Origin: Patescibacteria group bacterium
Lineage (GTDB): Bacteria > Patescibacteriota > Patescibacteriia > UBA9934
NCBI GenBank assembly: GCA_041660165.1
Contig: JBAZWW010000001.1
Span: 169,035 to 233,034 of the forward strand
DNA: 64,000 nt
Direction: 5' to 3'
Shown here one piece after another: positions 48,144-57,137 of this stretch; within the stretch, counting starts at the first letter, position 1, and each line of letters begins with the position of its first letter. Below the pieces are notes generated by a model that was given only the letters and a program-made list of their open reading frames with translations, was not told the DNA's origin and did not search any database. A program made the position numbers and the translations under genes.

Positions 48144-48268
48144 TGGATTAACACAGATCGCGAAACGAGACAGATTTTACACAGATCAAAAGCGCAGGGA
48201 ATAATTCCCTGCGCTTTTCCATCTCATCTGTGTTAAATCTGTCCCGCACCTTGATCTGTGTAAATCCC
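48144..48268. repeat. Long imperfect inverted repeat of ACAGAT/ATCTGT units around a bidirectional terminator
   Basis: GGATTAACACAGATC...AAAAGCGCAGGGAATAATTCCCTGCGCTTTT...GATCTGTGTAAATCC. Confidence 0.8.
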
Positions 48269-48269
48269 C

Positions 48270-48422
48270 CTAAACAGTTTCGACTCCTTCTTCAGCCTCA
48301 TCTTCATCCTCGTCCTCATCCTCGTCTTCATCGTCACTATCGCCAACGGCGTCATCCTCTCCGTCCATAGTCACTGGGGCCAATACGATGAACTCAAGCT
48401 CCGTCACCTCTTGTGTGGGCAT
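48270..48422 (-). CDS. 50-aa hyperacidic small protein (absent from the ORF track)
   Basis: MPTQEVTELEFIVLAPVTMDGEDDAVGDSDDEDEDEDEDEDEAEEGVETV*; TATACT upstream, terminator downstream. Confidence 0.65.
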   Translation of the reverse strand: MPTQEVTELEFIVLAPVTMDGEDDAVGDSDDEDEDEDEDEDEAEEGVETV

Positions 48423-48548
48423 ACGTTATATGAAAATTAAGTGCCGACATAGTATAGCCTGTCCAATATTTTGCAAGGGGGTCACCCCCACCTAAAACTG
48501 TGGATATTTTTGGGCGAGTGTATACTAGGGACATAAAGCGCTTGAACT

Positions 48549-50801
48549 ATGTCTAAACGAGCACGAACCCCATTTGATTTTGGCTTTGACCCAGAGCCGG
48601 CCGAAGGCCCAAAAAGAACATTCTTTTATGAAGTTCTTGGCGCCCTGCCCACAGATAGTGACCGGGAAATTAGAACAAAATGGATTAAAACCTTGAAGAC
48701 CAGTCATCCTGATAAAGGAGGAAACACAAGATGGATGGGCATTATCAACAACGTCTACGAGACGTATTTTAAGGACAAAACTGCCCGTGCCGTGTATGAC
48801 GAAAATCACCCGCTTGATAGACAACGATGGGAGCAACAAGAACAAAATGTCAGAGAACAAATTGCGGAGGATGCCCGCCTGACGACAATAGAAAAGGAGG
48901 CTGCCGAGAAAAAAGCGGAGGCAGAAAAAATTCAAAAAGAAGCTGATGCCGAAAAAGAACGGCTCGCCAAAGAAACACGCGAGCGCGAACAAGCAAAAGT
49001 TGACGCTAGAAAGAAAGCGCAAGAAAAACGCCAAAGAGACGCAGTCGAAAAACAAGCAGCCACAGACGCTGCTCAGCTTGAGGCCGCTAAGCTGGAAGCA
49101 GAAAGACTGCAAAGAGAGGCGATAGAGAAAGCGCCGGCAGAAGCCAGAGACAAAGCCAACGACGACGCGCGTAAAAAAGCCGAGATAGATGCCGCTTGGG
49201 CCGCCCAGGAAGCACAGGGTAGAGTCGAAGCAGAGCAGGCGGCCAGAGATGAGGCAGACAAGATCAAACGGGAAGCGGAAGAAGAAACTGCCAGACTAAA
49301 GGCGGAGGCCGAAAGAATAGAGCGCGAGGCAAAGGAGGCGGAGACAATAGCCCAAGAAAAAGCTGAGCGAGTAGCGGCGGCTAAAAAAGACATGGTGCAG
49401 TTGAGACGAACGCTCGGCAGTACGGAATATTGGAAGGATCCCACGCCTTCAAGAGATGCGCTCCAGAGGGCGCTAGATAATTTGGAGATGGATTTTCCTG
49501 ATCTCAATGAAGCGCAAAAGGATACTCGAACAAAGATTGAAGAGCATCTGGAACCGGCAGAAAAAGCGGAGTTCCGCGAATTACTCGCGAAGTATTTTGA
49601 ACTCAAAAAAATTGCCGGGCTTCCCCCGCCAGAGAAACAGCCTGAGAAAACAAAAAGGGAAAAAAGGCTGGTGGAAATCCTCAAACAGCTGGATAACAAA
49701 GAATTCTGGAAAAAAGGAGACCCCGGCGTAGAATTTGCGGACGCGCTTGCACTCCTTGCGGGAGACCCTGCCATGGAGGCAAAATTCGGGCAGGAACTCC
49801 AGGCCAAGAAAAAATCCGTGGAAGGCTTCCTGAACCTCGGCTCATTCGACTCCCACCGGAAATTCACAAAACTTCTGGATGAATGGGAGGCCACAAAGAA
49901 TACCCCAGAAGACGCCCTGGAACGCTTCTCAGCAAACAAAGAGGCCATGAAAATGCAATGGGACCTGGATCAAATACTCGCTGAAAATGAAGAGAGTTCA
50001 GGATCGGGCCTCTACATCACGGGCGCAGAAACCGAGGCAGAATTTAGAAAGAACATACCGAAGGACAAGGTGGATGACGTCATGAGGATTGCCAATCACA
50101 TCAAAGAATTCTATGAAGGAGCCGAGTGGATGACGCCAGCAAAAAAAGCAGCCAAACTTGAGGAGGAGAAAAGGGCGGTTGATGAGGCTAAAAAAGCCCA
50201 AGACGCGTTAGCAGTCGAGCAAGCCGAAAAAGAAGCAAAACGGAAAAAGCTTGAAGACGAAGCGGCGGAAAGACAACGGCAGGCAGATGCTATAGACGCG
50301 GAAATCCTGGCCAAAGAAGCGGAAGAAGCAGCAAAAAAGAGCGCGGAGGCTAAAACTAAACTGTCTCCTCTCTTTGCGCACCTGGGAATTGAGCTGGCGG
50401 AACTGGTGGCCGGCCACAAACGAAACCTTGATGCATTTCTGGCGGAAAAGAGTGCGCTCATTGAGGCGGAAACTGAACTGCTGAGCGATGCGGAGAAGGC
50501 GTCCTACTTTGAACAGCTTGATCAAGCAGTTGCCCTAGCGAAAAAGAATAAATTCGAGATGATTGCAAAAGAATTTCATGACGGTATAACAAAAGAAATA
50601 GCTGAGCACTCACGTATACATCCGAACAGTAGAACCCGGATATCTAAAGAGCGCCTAACAGAAGTGAAAGACAATTTCATTTGGGAGTTACGCCAACTTC
50701 TTCCATTTGATGCCTGGCAAAAAGAATACAACGAGCTCTGTAAGGCACTCGGCGTAAAACAAGAAGAACTCAAACGAGAAAAATACGAAAAACACTCGTA
50801 A
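48549..50801 (+). CDS. J-domain protein with long charged coiled-coil body
   Basis: FYEVLG...EIR...HPDKGG...INNVYE...RAVYD, then E/K/A-rich helical sequence. Confidence 0.8.
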   Translation: MSKRARTPFDFGFDPEPAEGPKRTFFYEVLGALPTDSDREIRTKWIKTLKTSHPDKGGNTRWMGIINNVYETYFKDKTARAVYDENHPLDRQRWEQQEQNVREQIAEDARLTTIEKEAAEKKAEAEKIQKEADAEKERLAKETREREQAKVDARKKAQEKRQRDAVEKQAATDAAQLEAAKLEAERLQREAIEKAPAEARDKANDDARKKAEIDAAWAAQEAQGRVEAEQAARDEADKIKREAEEETARLKAEAERIEREAKEAETIAQEKAERVAAAKKDMVQLRRTLGSTEYWKDPTPSRDALQRALDNLEMDFPDLNEAQKDTRTKIEEHLEPAEKAEFRELLAKYFELKKIAGLPPPEKQPEKTKREKRLVEILKQLDNKEFWKKGDPGVEFADALALLAGDPAMEAKFGQELQAKKKSVEGFLNLGSFDSHRKFTKLLDEWEATKNTPEDALERFSANKEAMKMQWDLDQILAENEESSGSGLYITGAETEAEFRKNIPKDKVDDVMRIANHIKEFYEGAEWMTPAKKAAKLEEEKRAVDEAKKAQDALAVEQAEKEAKRKKLEDEAAERQRQADAIDAEILAKEAEEAAKKSAEAKTKLSPLFAHLGIELAELVAGHKRNLDAFLAEKSALIEAETELLSDAEKASYFEQLDQAVALAKKNKFEMIAKEFHDGITKEIAEHSRIHPNSRTRISKERLTEVKDNFIWELRQLLPFDAWQKEYNELCKALGVKQEELKREKYEKHS

Positions 50802-50822
50802 CCCAAATCTTTCGCTAAAAGA

Positions 50823-52082
50823 TCAAACAAAGAACCGCGTTACAAGCGCATCCGCGTACTCTGACGTCAGACCAACGGTGCTAAAATTCATCACCTCGCC
50901 GGCGTAGTAGGTATGGCGGGCGCCTTGAAGGGCCTCGACCTTATCGAAGTACCCGGCGCGGAATTCGTGAGGGGAAACATGTGGGAAATACTTCCAGCGT
51001 GAAACGCTATAGACCGTTTCAAGAGATCCGCCCATTTTACTTATGAGATTTGATGCCTCTTGAATGAGGTCTTTATCGGTTTGATGAAACTCGGCTAACG
51101 AGTAAAAGGTGTAAACATCCGCATCCGCATGGCGGTGATGCCAAAAGACCGGTTTGCCGGCGCGCTCAGGGCTGAAGTTGCCCGGCACGTAGCCGTCACC
51201 ATCGGGAAAATCCTTGATCGAGCAAGCGACAGTGCAGTAATTCACGTACTCAATTTTTGAAAATAGCGCCCGCTCTTCAGCCGTTGCGTCGAGATATTGG
51301 AGCGCCTCGTCAAGCGGTGAGGTGAGGATGAGCTCGTCAAACTCCTCCGTGCCCTGTTGCGTTGTTATCCGCACTAATTCGGCGCGTTCGATTTTCGTAA
51401 TCTCCGTATTCAATCTAACATCGAGCACTGAGGCAACGGCCGTCCACAAATGCTGGATGCCTTCGGGCAAGCGGTAAATCTTCCGCCTCATAAACGCCAT
51501 GAGCATTGGTCGCCGATAATACTTGAGCACGTAGACCGCAGGAATGCGCTCGAAATAATCGTAGCCGAAGCCCGTAAAAAAGAGCGCAAGTTCCTTGGCC
51601 AAATTCTCGATGTGATGCACGCGAGCAAACTCCGCAAACGGCGCCATGAGCGATTTGTTCGTTCGAGCAAGACCGGGCTTCCCCGCAGAGCCATATCGCC
51701 AAGAAAGCACATAATAGACCGCGAGCTCTTTCAAAAGGCGAACTGTCTGGCGCGCGGTTCGCTTTGGCATGGGCGCCCCCGTTTCACCGTTCACGTGTGT
51801 ACTGTGTCCAAACGGCACGCGCGCGAGCGGAACCCCAAATTCCTTGGCCAGCTTCAAAACTACCCGGTTGTCTTCTGAGACAATGCCGGCTCCAAGCTCG
51901 TAGTTCCGGCCCTCAATCTCTACCGTACAGCACTTCCCGCCCACGCGATCCGCCCGCTCGAAAACAACAACGTGCTTGTAGCCGAGTATCTTGAGCGCAT
52001 GACCAGCTGATAATCCAGCCGCCCCAGCGCCAATAATGGCAATCCGCCGGTTTAGCCCTTGATTGCTTTTTTGATGGTCCAT
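50823..52082 (-). CDS. FAD-dependent oxidoreductase resembling polyunsaturated fatty acid isomerase (PAI)
   Basis: RIAIIGAGAAG, VGGKC...GRNYELGA, FGYDYFERIPAVYVLKY, YFPHVS...QG...YAGE...LVTRFFV; start uncertain. Confidence 0.75.
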   Translation of the reverse strand: MDHQKSNQGLNRRIAIIGAGAAGLSAGHALKILGYKHVVVFERADRVGGKCCTVEIEGRNYELGAGIVSEDNRVVLKLAKEFGVPLARVPFGHSTHVNGETGAPMPKRTARQTVRLLKELAVYYVLSWRYGSAGKPGLARTNKSLMAPFAEFARVHHIENLAKELALFFTGFGYDYFERIPAVYVLKYYRRPMLMAFMRRKIYRLPEGIQHLWTAVASVLDVRLNTEITKIERAELVRITTQQGTEEFDELILTSPLDEALQYLDATAEERALFSKIEYVNYCTVACSIKDFPDGDGYVPGNFSPERAGKPVFWHHRHADADVYTFYSLAEFHQTDKDLIQEASNLISKMGGSLETVYSVSRWKYFPHVSPHEFRAGYFDKVEALQGARHTYYAGEVMNFSTVGLTSEYADALVTRFFV

Positions 52083-53665
52083 ATCACGTTTTTCTTGAGG
52101 ATGGCGGAAGCGCAAAGCACGCCTCCCATAACCCCGCCGGAAATACTCGCAATCATGGCATCTTGGCCCGTCAAAAAAAGATTCTTTACAGGCGTGTACG
52201 GCTTCAAGAATTCCTGCCGGAAGCGCTTGGGCGTATGCGCGGTGCCATAAATCTCGCCCGAAGGATGAGCCACATAATGCTGAGCGGAAAGCGGAGATGA
52301 CACCTCGAAGTAATCTACTTTGCCACGAAGCTGAGGAGCCACGCGGTACAGAATCTCAAGCATCCTCTCCGCTGTCCGCGCCTTCATGGCTTCATAGTCT
52401 TCCCCGCGTCCGTGCTTTTTCGTTCCGTTCCACTCCGCAAACCACGTAAATGGCACGAGGATAATCACCTCGGCCGTAGAACGCCCGGGATGCGTCACCG
52501 GCGACTGCGGATCCTTAGCCGAAGGAAAAGAAGCGAAGGCCACCGGGATCGGCGCATCAATGCCCGTGGCCAATTTCTGATTCGCCACGTGGTCATACTC
52601 GTCGGGGAAAATCCAATAGTTACACCTTGGCAAATGGAGAGTCTCATTGCTCTCCTTAAAGCCCACATACAAACCCATGTGCGCCAAAGACGGGGTCAAA
52701 TTTTCAAGCATAGCCTCAAGCCCGTGCCTTCGACGAACGTTCTCAGATAAAAGCGAGTGAAACGTATTCACCACGCCCGCATCAGAAATAATCCGCTTCG
52801 CGCGAAGCACAGTTCCGTCTTCCATAAGTACCCCAACCGCCGTGTTCCCCTCGACAACGATCTCTTTCACCCGCGCAGAGGCCACCACCGCTCCCCCGGC
52901 CTCTTCAATCACCGGAATCACCGTCTCCGCAAACTTTGGCGCGCCTCCCACGGGATAACCCGCGCCTTCCATGTAATGGTTGGCTAAAACCGCATGCATG
53001 TAAAAACTACTCTCAGCAGGCTGAAGTCCGTAATCTCCGTACTGCGCCGTTAAAACGCCAATGAGCTGTTCGTTCCTCGTGATACTCCGCAATACCTCGA
53101 GTGTTGTCTTGTCCGAGTACGCCAGCACGCCTTTGCGCAACCATCCGCCAAAAATCTTCGCCAGGAACGGCGGAAGCACTTTTTCTACGTAGAAAGACGT
53201 CCCAAGAGCCGTTACTTGGTCGAGTAATGCAAAATACACATCAATGGACTGCCCGTCTTCCGCAGACGGAAAATAGCCCTTCAACGCCTTCAGCAAGTTG
53301 TTTCTCCCCCGCGGAAATTGATATTCCTTTTCACCAAACACTACGCGGTCATACACGTCATCAAGCGGAGCCCATTCAAGTTTTTCTTTGGTAATGTAAC
53401 GAAAAACCTTGTTCAAAAGCGTTCCGGCAATGTGTACCTGGCCAACATAGTGCAGGCCCACGTCCCACGCATATCCCTTGCGCTGGAAGGCGTGCGTATA
53501 CCCACCAATGACAAAATGCTGTTCAAGAACCAGCACCCTCTTCCCCGCCTGCGCCAGAAGCGAGGCCACGCTTAACCCGCCCGTTCCGGAACCAATGACA
53601 ATAGCGTCAAAAACATCCTTGCTCGCTTCTTGCCGTTTAAACAGCAAATATGATTGGCTAGGCAT
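52052..53665 (-). CDS. Phytoene desaturase / retinol saturase-like NAD(P)/FAD oxidoreductase
   Basis: DAIVIGSGTGG, WDVGLHYVG, GAGYPVGG, FPSAKDP, NLFLTGQD. Confidence 0.85.
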   Translation of the reverse strand: MPSQSYLLFKRQEASKDVFDAIVIGSGTGGLSVASLLAQAGKRVLVLEQHFVIGGYTHAFQRKGYAWDVGLHYVGQVHIAGTLLNKVFRYITKEKLEWAPLDDVYDRVVFGEKEYQFPRGRNNLLKALKGYFPSAEDGQSIDVYFALLDQVTALGTSFYVEKVLPPFLAKIFGGWLRKGVLAYSDKTTLEVLRSITRNEQLIGVLTAQYGDYGLQPAESSFYMHAVLANHYMEGAGYPVGGAPKFAETVIPVIEEAGGAVVASARVKEIVVEGNTAVGVLMEDGTVLRAKRIISDAGVVNTFHSLLSENVRRRHGLEAMLENLTPSLAHMGLYVGFKESNETLHLPRCNYWIFPDEYDHVANQKLATGIDAPIPVAFASFPSAKDPQSPVTHPGRSTAEVIILVPFTWFAEWNGTKKHGRGEDYEAMKARTAERMLEILYRVAPQLRGKVDYFEVSSPLSAQHYVAHPSGEIYGTAHTPKRFRQEFLKPYTPVKNLFLTGQDAMIASISGGVMGGVLCASAILKKNVIWTIKKAIKG

Positions 53666-53846
53666 GAAAGGGTAATAAGAGAATTACTAGGCCAAAGTCT
53701 ATCATATTCGGGGAAAAGTCAAAAAAACAAGCGCTCAACTACTTCACGGAATAAGGACCTGAGACAAAGGAATCAGTCTTGAAATATTCAAAAACCGTCC
53801 GGACCACATTCGCGGAAAACCGCGACACGATCCGAACGGCACGGCC

Positions 53847-54413
53847 TCAACCGAGTGATCTCACATAACCCTCATAGATCGCGAAGGCGACCCCAGGGAT
53901 CTTCCCTTCTTGGGAAACAAGGCTCATGTCACAAGCCTCGTCGAACTCACCCGACGAAAACCTTCGCAACTCCTCCACCGCGCTCTTCATCCGCCTACCG
54001 CCATGATCACGACCATCGCCAGCCAGGCGCGAGCGCAGGACATCGATCGATGGTGGTGCGACGTAAACGACGTACAGCTGTCGCGGAAAGGCTTGCGTCA
54101 TAACCGCCAGCCGATCAATCGGCCAGTCAAGCACCGGAAAGTCGCCTTTTTCCAGTGCGCCAACGATCGGAGCCGATGGCGTTCCGTAACGAATGCCACC
54201 GAACAGTTCGTTGACCACGAGAAGCTCACCCTGAAACGACATCTGATCAATCTGTTCGGCACTGATCGAAACCTTATTCCTCTCGCCCACACGAAGAGGC
54301 CTGGTCATGTAAGGCGAGATATAGGTGAACCGGCCGTCGAGACGCGTGAGCTCTTCAATGATCGTGCTCTTACCGACACCCGAAGGACCGAGTAGAAGCA
54401 GGAACTTACTCAC
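53847..54413 (-). CDS. Guanylate kinase-like NMP kinase
   Basis: GPSGVGKST, TRPLRVGE, YGTP, APPSIDVLRSRL; GAGGAG SD, GTG overlapping the pyrF stop. Confidence 0.85.
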   Translation of the reverse strand: MSKFLLLLGPSGVGKSTIIEELTRLDGRFTYISPYMTRPLRVGERNKVSISAEQIDQMSFQGELLVVNELFGGIRYGTPSAPIVGALEKGDFPVLDWPIDRLAVMTQAFPRQLYVVYVAPPSIDVLRSRLAGDGRDHGGRRMKSAVEELRRFSSGEFDEACDMSLVSQEGKIPGVAFAIYEGYVRSLG

Positions 54414-55248
54414 GACTCCTCCTCGCATCGTTGAGAGTGTCCTTCATCTTGATGGTGGCGGTTTCAACCGCCGACCACCAGGAGGCATCACTCGTCGGGT
54501 ACAGAAGTCCGCGCGATGAATTGACTAAAACCCCGATACCCTCAGAGTTCAACAAATCGCGCAGGCAATCGGACTGGCCGCCCTGAGCACCAACGCCCGC
54601 GAGCAGGATTGGCATCGAGTCTGGAATCAGCGGACGAAGCTTGGCCATCGCCAGCCCCGCAGTCGACGAAAGCACGGGGATCATGTTGTCACCGCTGTTC
54701 CAGCGCGTAACCACGAGATCAAGCACGTGTTGCCAGAAAGGACGCCCATCCTGGAGCGTAACGTCTTGGACGATCCCGCCGGAAACATTACTCGTCTTCA
54801 CGAGCACGACGATCGCTTTATCCTGCAGCTTGCTCAAGGGCAAGATGACGTCGTCACCCATGTACGGGTTGACCACGACACCGTCCGCTTGAATCAGACC
54901 GAAGATATTTTCGATATAGGCATCCATCGTGTTCTCGATATCGCCGATCTTGCAGTCCACGATAACTGGTACCTCCGGCTGCGTATCGTGCACGTACCGA
55001 ACGATTTCCTGAAGCACAGCGTGCCCTGCAGGCAGTACGTCGAAGAATGCCTTCTGAGCCTTGTACGCACAGACATGCGATCCGGTCGCATCGACCACTC
55101 CACGAAGGAACCTGAGGATCTTCTCTTCATCCGATCCAAAGGCTTCGAGCAGTTCGACAGGTAGCTTCCGCAGGTCGGGATCAAGTCCCGCACAGAGAAG
55201 CGTCCCCGGCGAACGCATCCGCTTCAGAATCTGATCCTTTGCTCGCAC
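54406..55248 (-). CDS. pyrF: Orotidine 5'-phosphate decarboxylase (subfamily 2 type)
   Basis: LCAGLDP, DCKIGDIENT catalytic motif, NPYMG, KTSN, GVGAQGG, NSSR; GGAGG SD before GTG. Confidence 0.92.
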   Translation of the reverse strand: MRAKDQILKRMRSPGTLLCAGLDPDLRKLPVELLEAFGSDEEKILRFLRGVVDATGSHVCAYKAQKAFFDVLPAGHAVLQEIVRYVHDTQPEVPVIVDCKIGDIENTMDAYIENIFGLIQADGVVVNPYMGDDVILPLSKLQDKAIVVLVKTSNVSGGIVQDVTLQDGRPFWQHVLDLVVTRWNSGDNMIPVLSSTAGLAMAKLRPLIPDSMPILLAGVGAQGGQSDCLRDLLNSEGIGVLVNSSRGLLYPTSDASWWSAVETATIKMKDTLNDARRSRE

Positions 55249-55249
55249 G

Positions 55250-56066
55250 TTATCCTCCACTCGCCTTCTTGGCGAGACCGTGATGGTTAAGAAACTCTCC
55301 CTTTGCGAGCAGATGCGCCGCAGTGTGTTCAGTCGGCTTGATGAGGATGGGTACGAGATCCTCCGCGACCGTATATCCATTCTCACCGAACACACCAACC
55401 TTCTCGGGATTGTTGGTAGCCAGGTTGACGGTACACGTCGACGGAATGCCGAAGAACTTCAGAACACAGACAACACCAGAGTACGTACGAACGTCGATGA
55501 CCCCACCGGGAGCCAAGAGGCTCGCCGACTCGACGGTGTGCACATTGAGCGTTTCCTGGAGCCACAGGGTTGCGAGCTTGAACGTCAACCCCATCCCACG
55601 ACCGTCCTGTCGTGGAATGTTGATGATCATTCCTTCGCCGATCTCCGCAAGCGTCCGCATGGCGAGCTTCAGCTGTCCGCAGCACTCGCAGGTCAAATCC
55701 CCGAAGACCTGACCGGTCTCGCACCCCGAATCGGTGCGCAAGACAAGCCGATCATCTCGACGAAAAACCGGACACAGAGTCTCAAGGTCGAGTTCGGCCT
55801 TGACGAGTACAGAATATTTTTCCCACGAATCATCGATGGCGAAATTGTACTGCCAGAACTTCCCGTATTCCGTCTGCAGCACACCGATACCCCTCCTTTC
55901 CACAGCATAGAACCGGTTGGTTCCCCCCTTCGACGACCGCGATGCGCTTCTGGAACGGTTCCATCGAACGCTTGACGAGTTCGAGGAAGGCCGCGACCTC
56001 CTCCGCAGACTTACCAGACTTCCGAATGATGCCGTCCATGTCGGGTGGCTTAACCGTAATAGACAT
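55250..56066 (-). pseudogene. Divergent GTP cyclohydrolase II (RibA-like), split by a 1-nt frameshift in a G6 run
   Basis: C-X10-C-X-C, QDGRGMGL, D.R.Y, TNNPEK. Removing one G at 55923-55928 joins the SD-led ATG at 56066 to the catalytic ORF. Confidence 0.75.
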
Positions 56067-56096
56067 ATGCACCTCCCTTAGATCAAGATGGACTTT

Positions 56097-56468
56097 CTAA
56101 TCAGAGCGCGGATACGTTCCGTCGCTGATCTTCTTCGCAAAAGAACCGTGCACCATACGGAAGGCCAAACGGTTCTCAGGTGCGTAAACCATCGGGATAC
56201 CGATACGCGCGTGGCACTTCGGACACTCCAAATTCGGAACATCGCGGATGCTACAACACGTATACTGAAGAGTCGCAAGCGCGGACGGAGCGAAGACCCG
56301 ATCGAGGTACATCCGCAAGAGCGCTCCTGGACCATCCTTCTGATAGAGCGCGACGTGCTCCCCGCATGCGCTGCAAAACACGTCAAGAAAACGTGAATTA
56401 CCGCCACGCGCCCTCGAATAACGGTCCTTCTTGAAAGCGTGCTTGCTGTCAGGCTGTTCATTCGACAT
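56097..56468 (-). CDS. Small putative Zn-binding protein (CxxC...YQKDGPG...YLDR...CxxC)
   Basis: AGGAGAGG SD before ATG 56468; two CxxC motifs. Confidence 0.8.
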   Translation of the reverse strand: MSNEQPDSKHAFKKDRYSRARGGNSRFLDVFCSACGEHVALYQKDGPGALLRMYLDRVFAPSALATLQYTCCSIRDVPNLECPKCHARIGIPMVYAPENRLAFRMVHGSFAKKISDGTYPRSD

Positions 56469-56587
56469 AGCCTCTCCTTTGTTCATTTCAACAAAATTGT
56501 CAATGAACTGACCAAAAACTAGCATTTTTTTTGTGAATTACGCAAGTATCAGTGTCCCTGAAAACATTGGCCTTAAGCAACGATTCT

Positions 56588-56920
56588 TTATCGCCGAGGC
56601 GACGGGTATACCCCAGTACCCACCCTTTTAACTACTGACCCCTGATAGAGACGAATAGCGGGACGCTTTTCTTTCTGGTAAATATAAAACGTCCCGATCA
56701 CTTTTTCGCACTATGGACATACGAATTCACCTTTTGAAGACCGCGAAATAGACGGGGCACAAATACGATCCAAATAAAGACGCCTTAATTCACCCGGCCC
56801 GTCCTTCTGATAAAGAACGAGGTATCCCCCACAACTTTCACAAAAAACATTTAAGAACCGCGAATAATGTCCTCTCTTTTCTCTATAAACGTCCTTCTTC
56901 AGGATAAATTGCTTAGGCAT
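56588..56920 (-). pseudogene. Paralog of 56097-56468 with an in-frame TAG inside the second CxxC
   Basis: Similarity continues after the stop: CP*CEKVIG...RLYQGSVVKRVGTGVYP versus CPKCHARIG...RMVHGSFAKKISDGTYP. Confidence 0.8.
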
Positions 56921-57137
56921 ATAACTGTTTGATTCTAGAATCTGATTCTACAGTAAATTGATAAACCAGTGAAGACACTCCCCAACGTTTCGCCAATCGA
57001 AAACCCGCCTTCATTGCTGGATGCGGACTTTCTTAGTCACCCCCTATTCCAGTCTGTAGAAACCACAAAGGTCCTTCGACTCGGCTGGGTAACCTCGTTC
57101 AGGACAAAATAATTCCACCGCTAGGGTGGAATTATTT

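Noticed and set aside
49073-49948. 291-aa Ser-rich minus-strand ORF
   Set aside because: Mirror of the E/K/A-rich coiled-coil gene.
56711-56713. Genome-wide stop-codon reassignment (TAG, or TGA as in code 25)
   Set aside because: TAG and TGA terminate conserved genes at expected positions, e.g. fmt and uppS end in TAG and the LigB-like gene ends in TGA.
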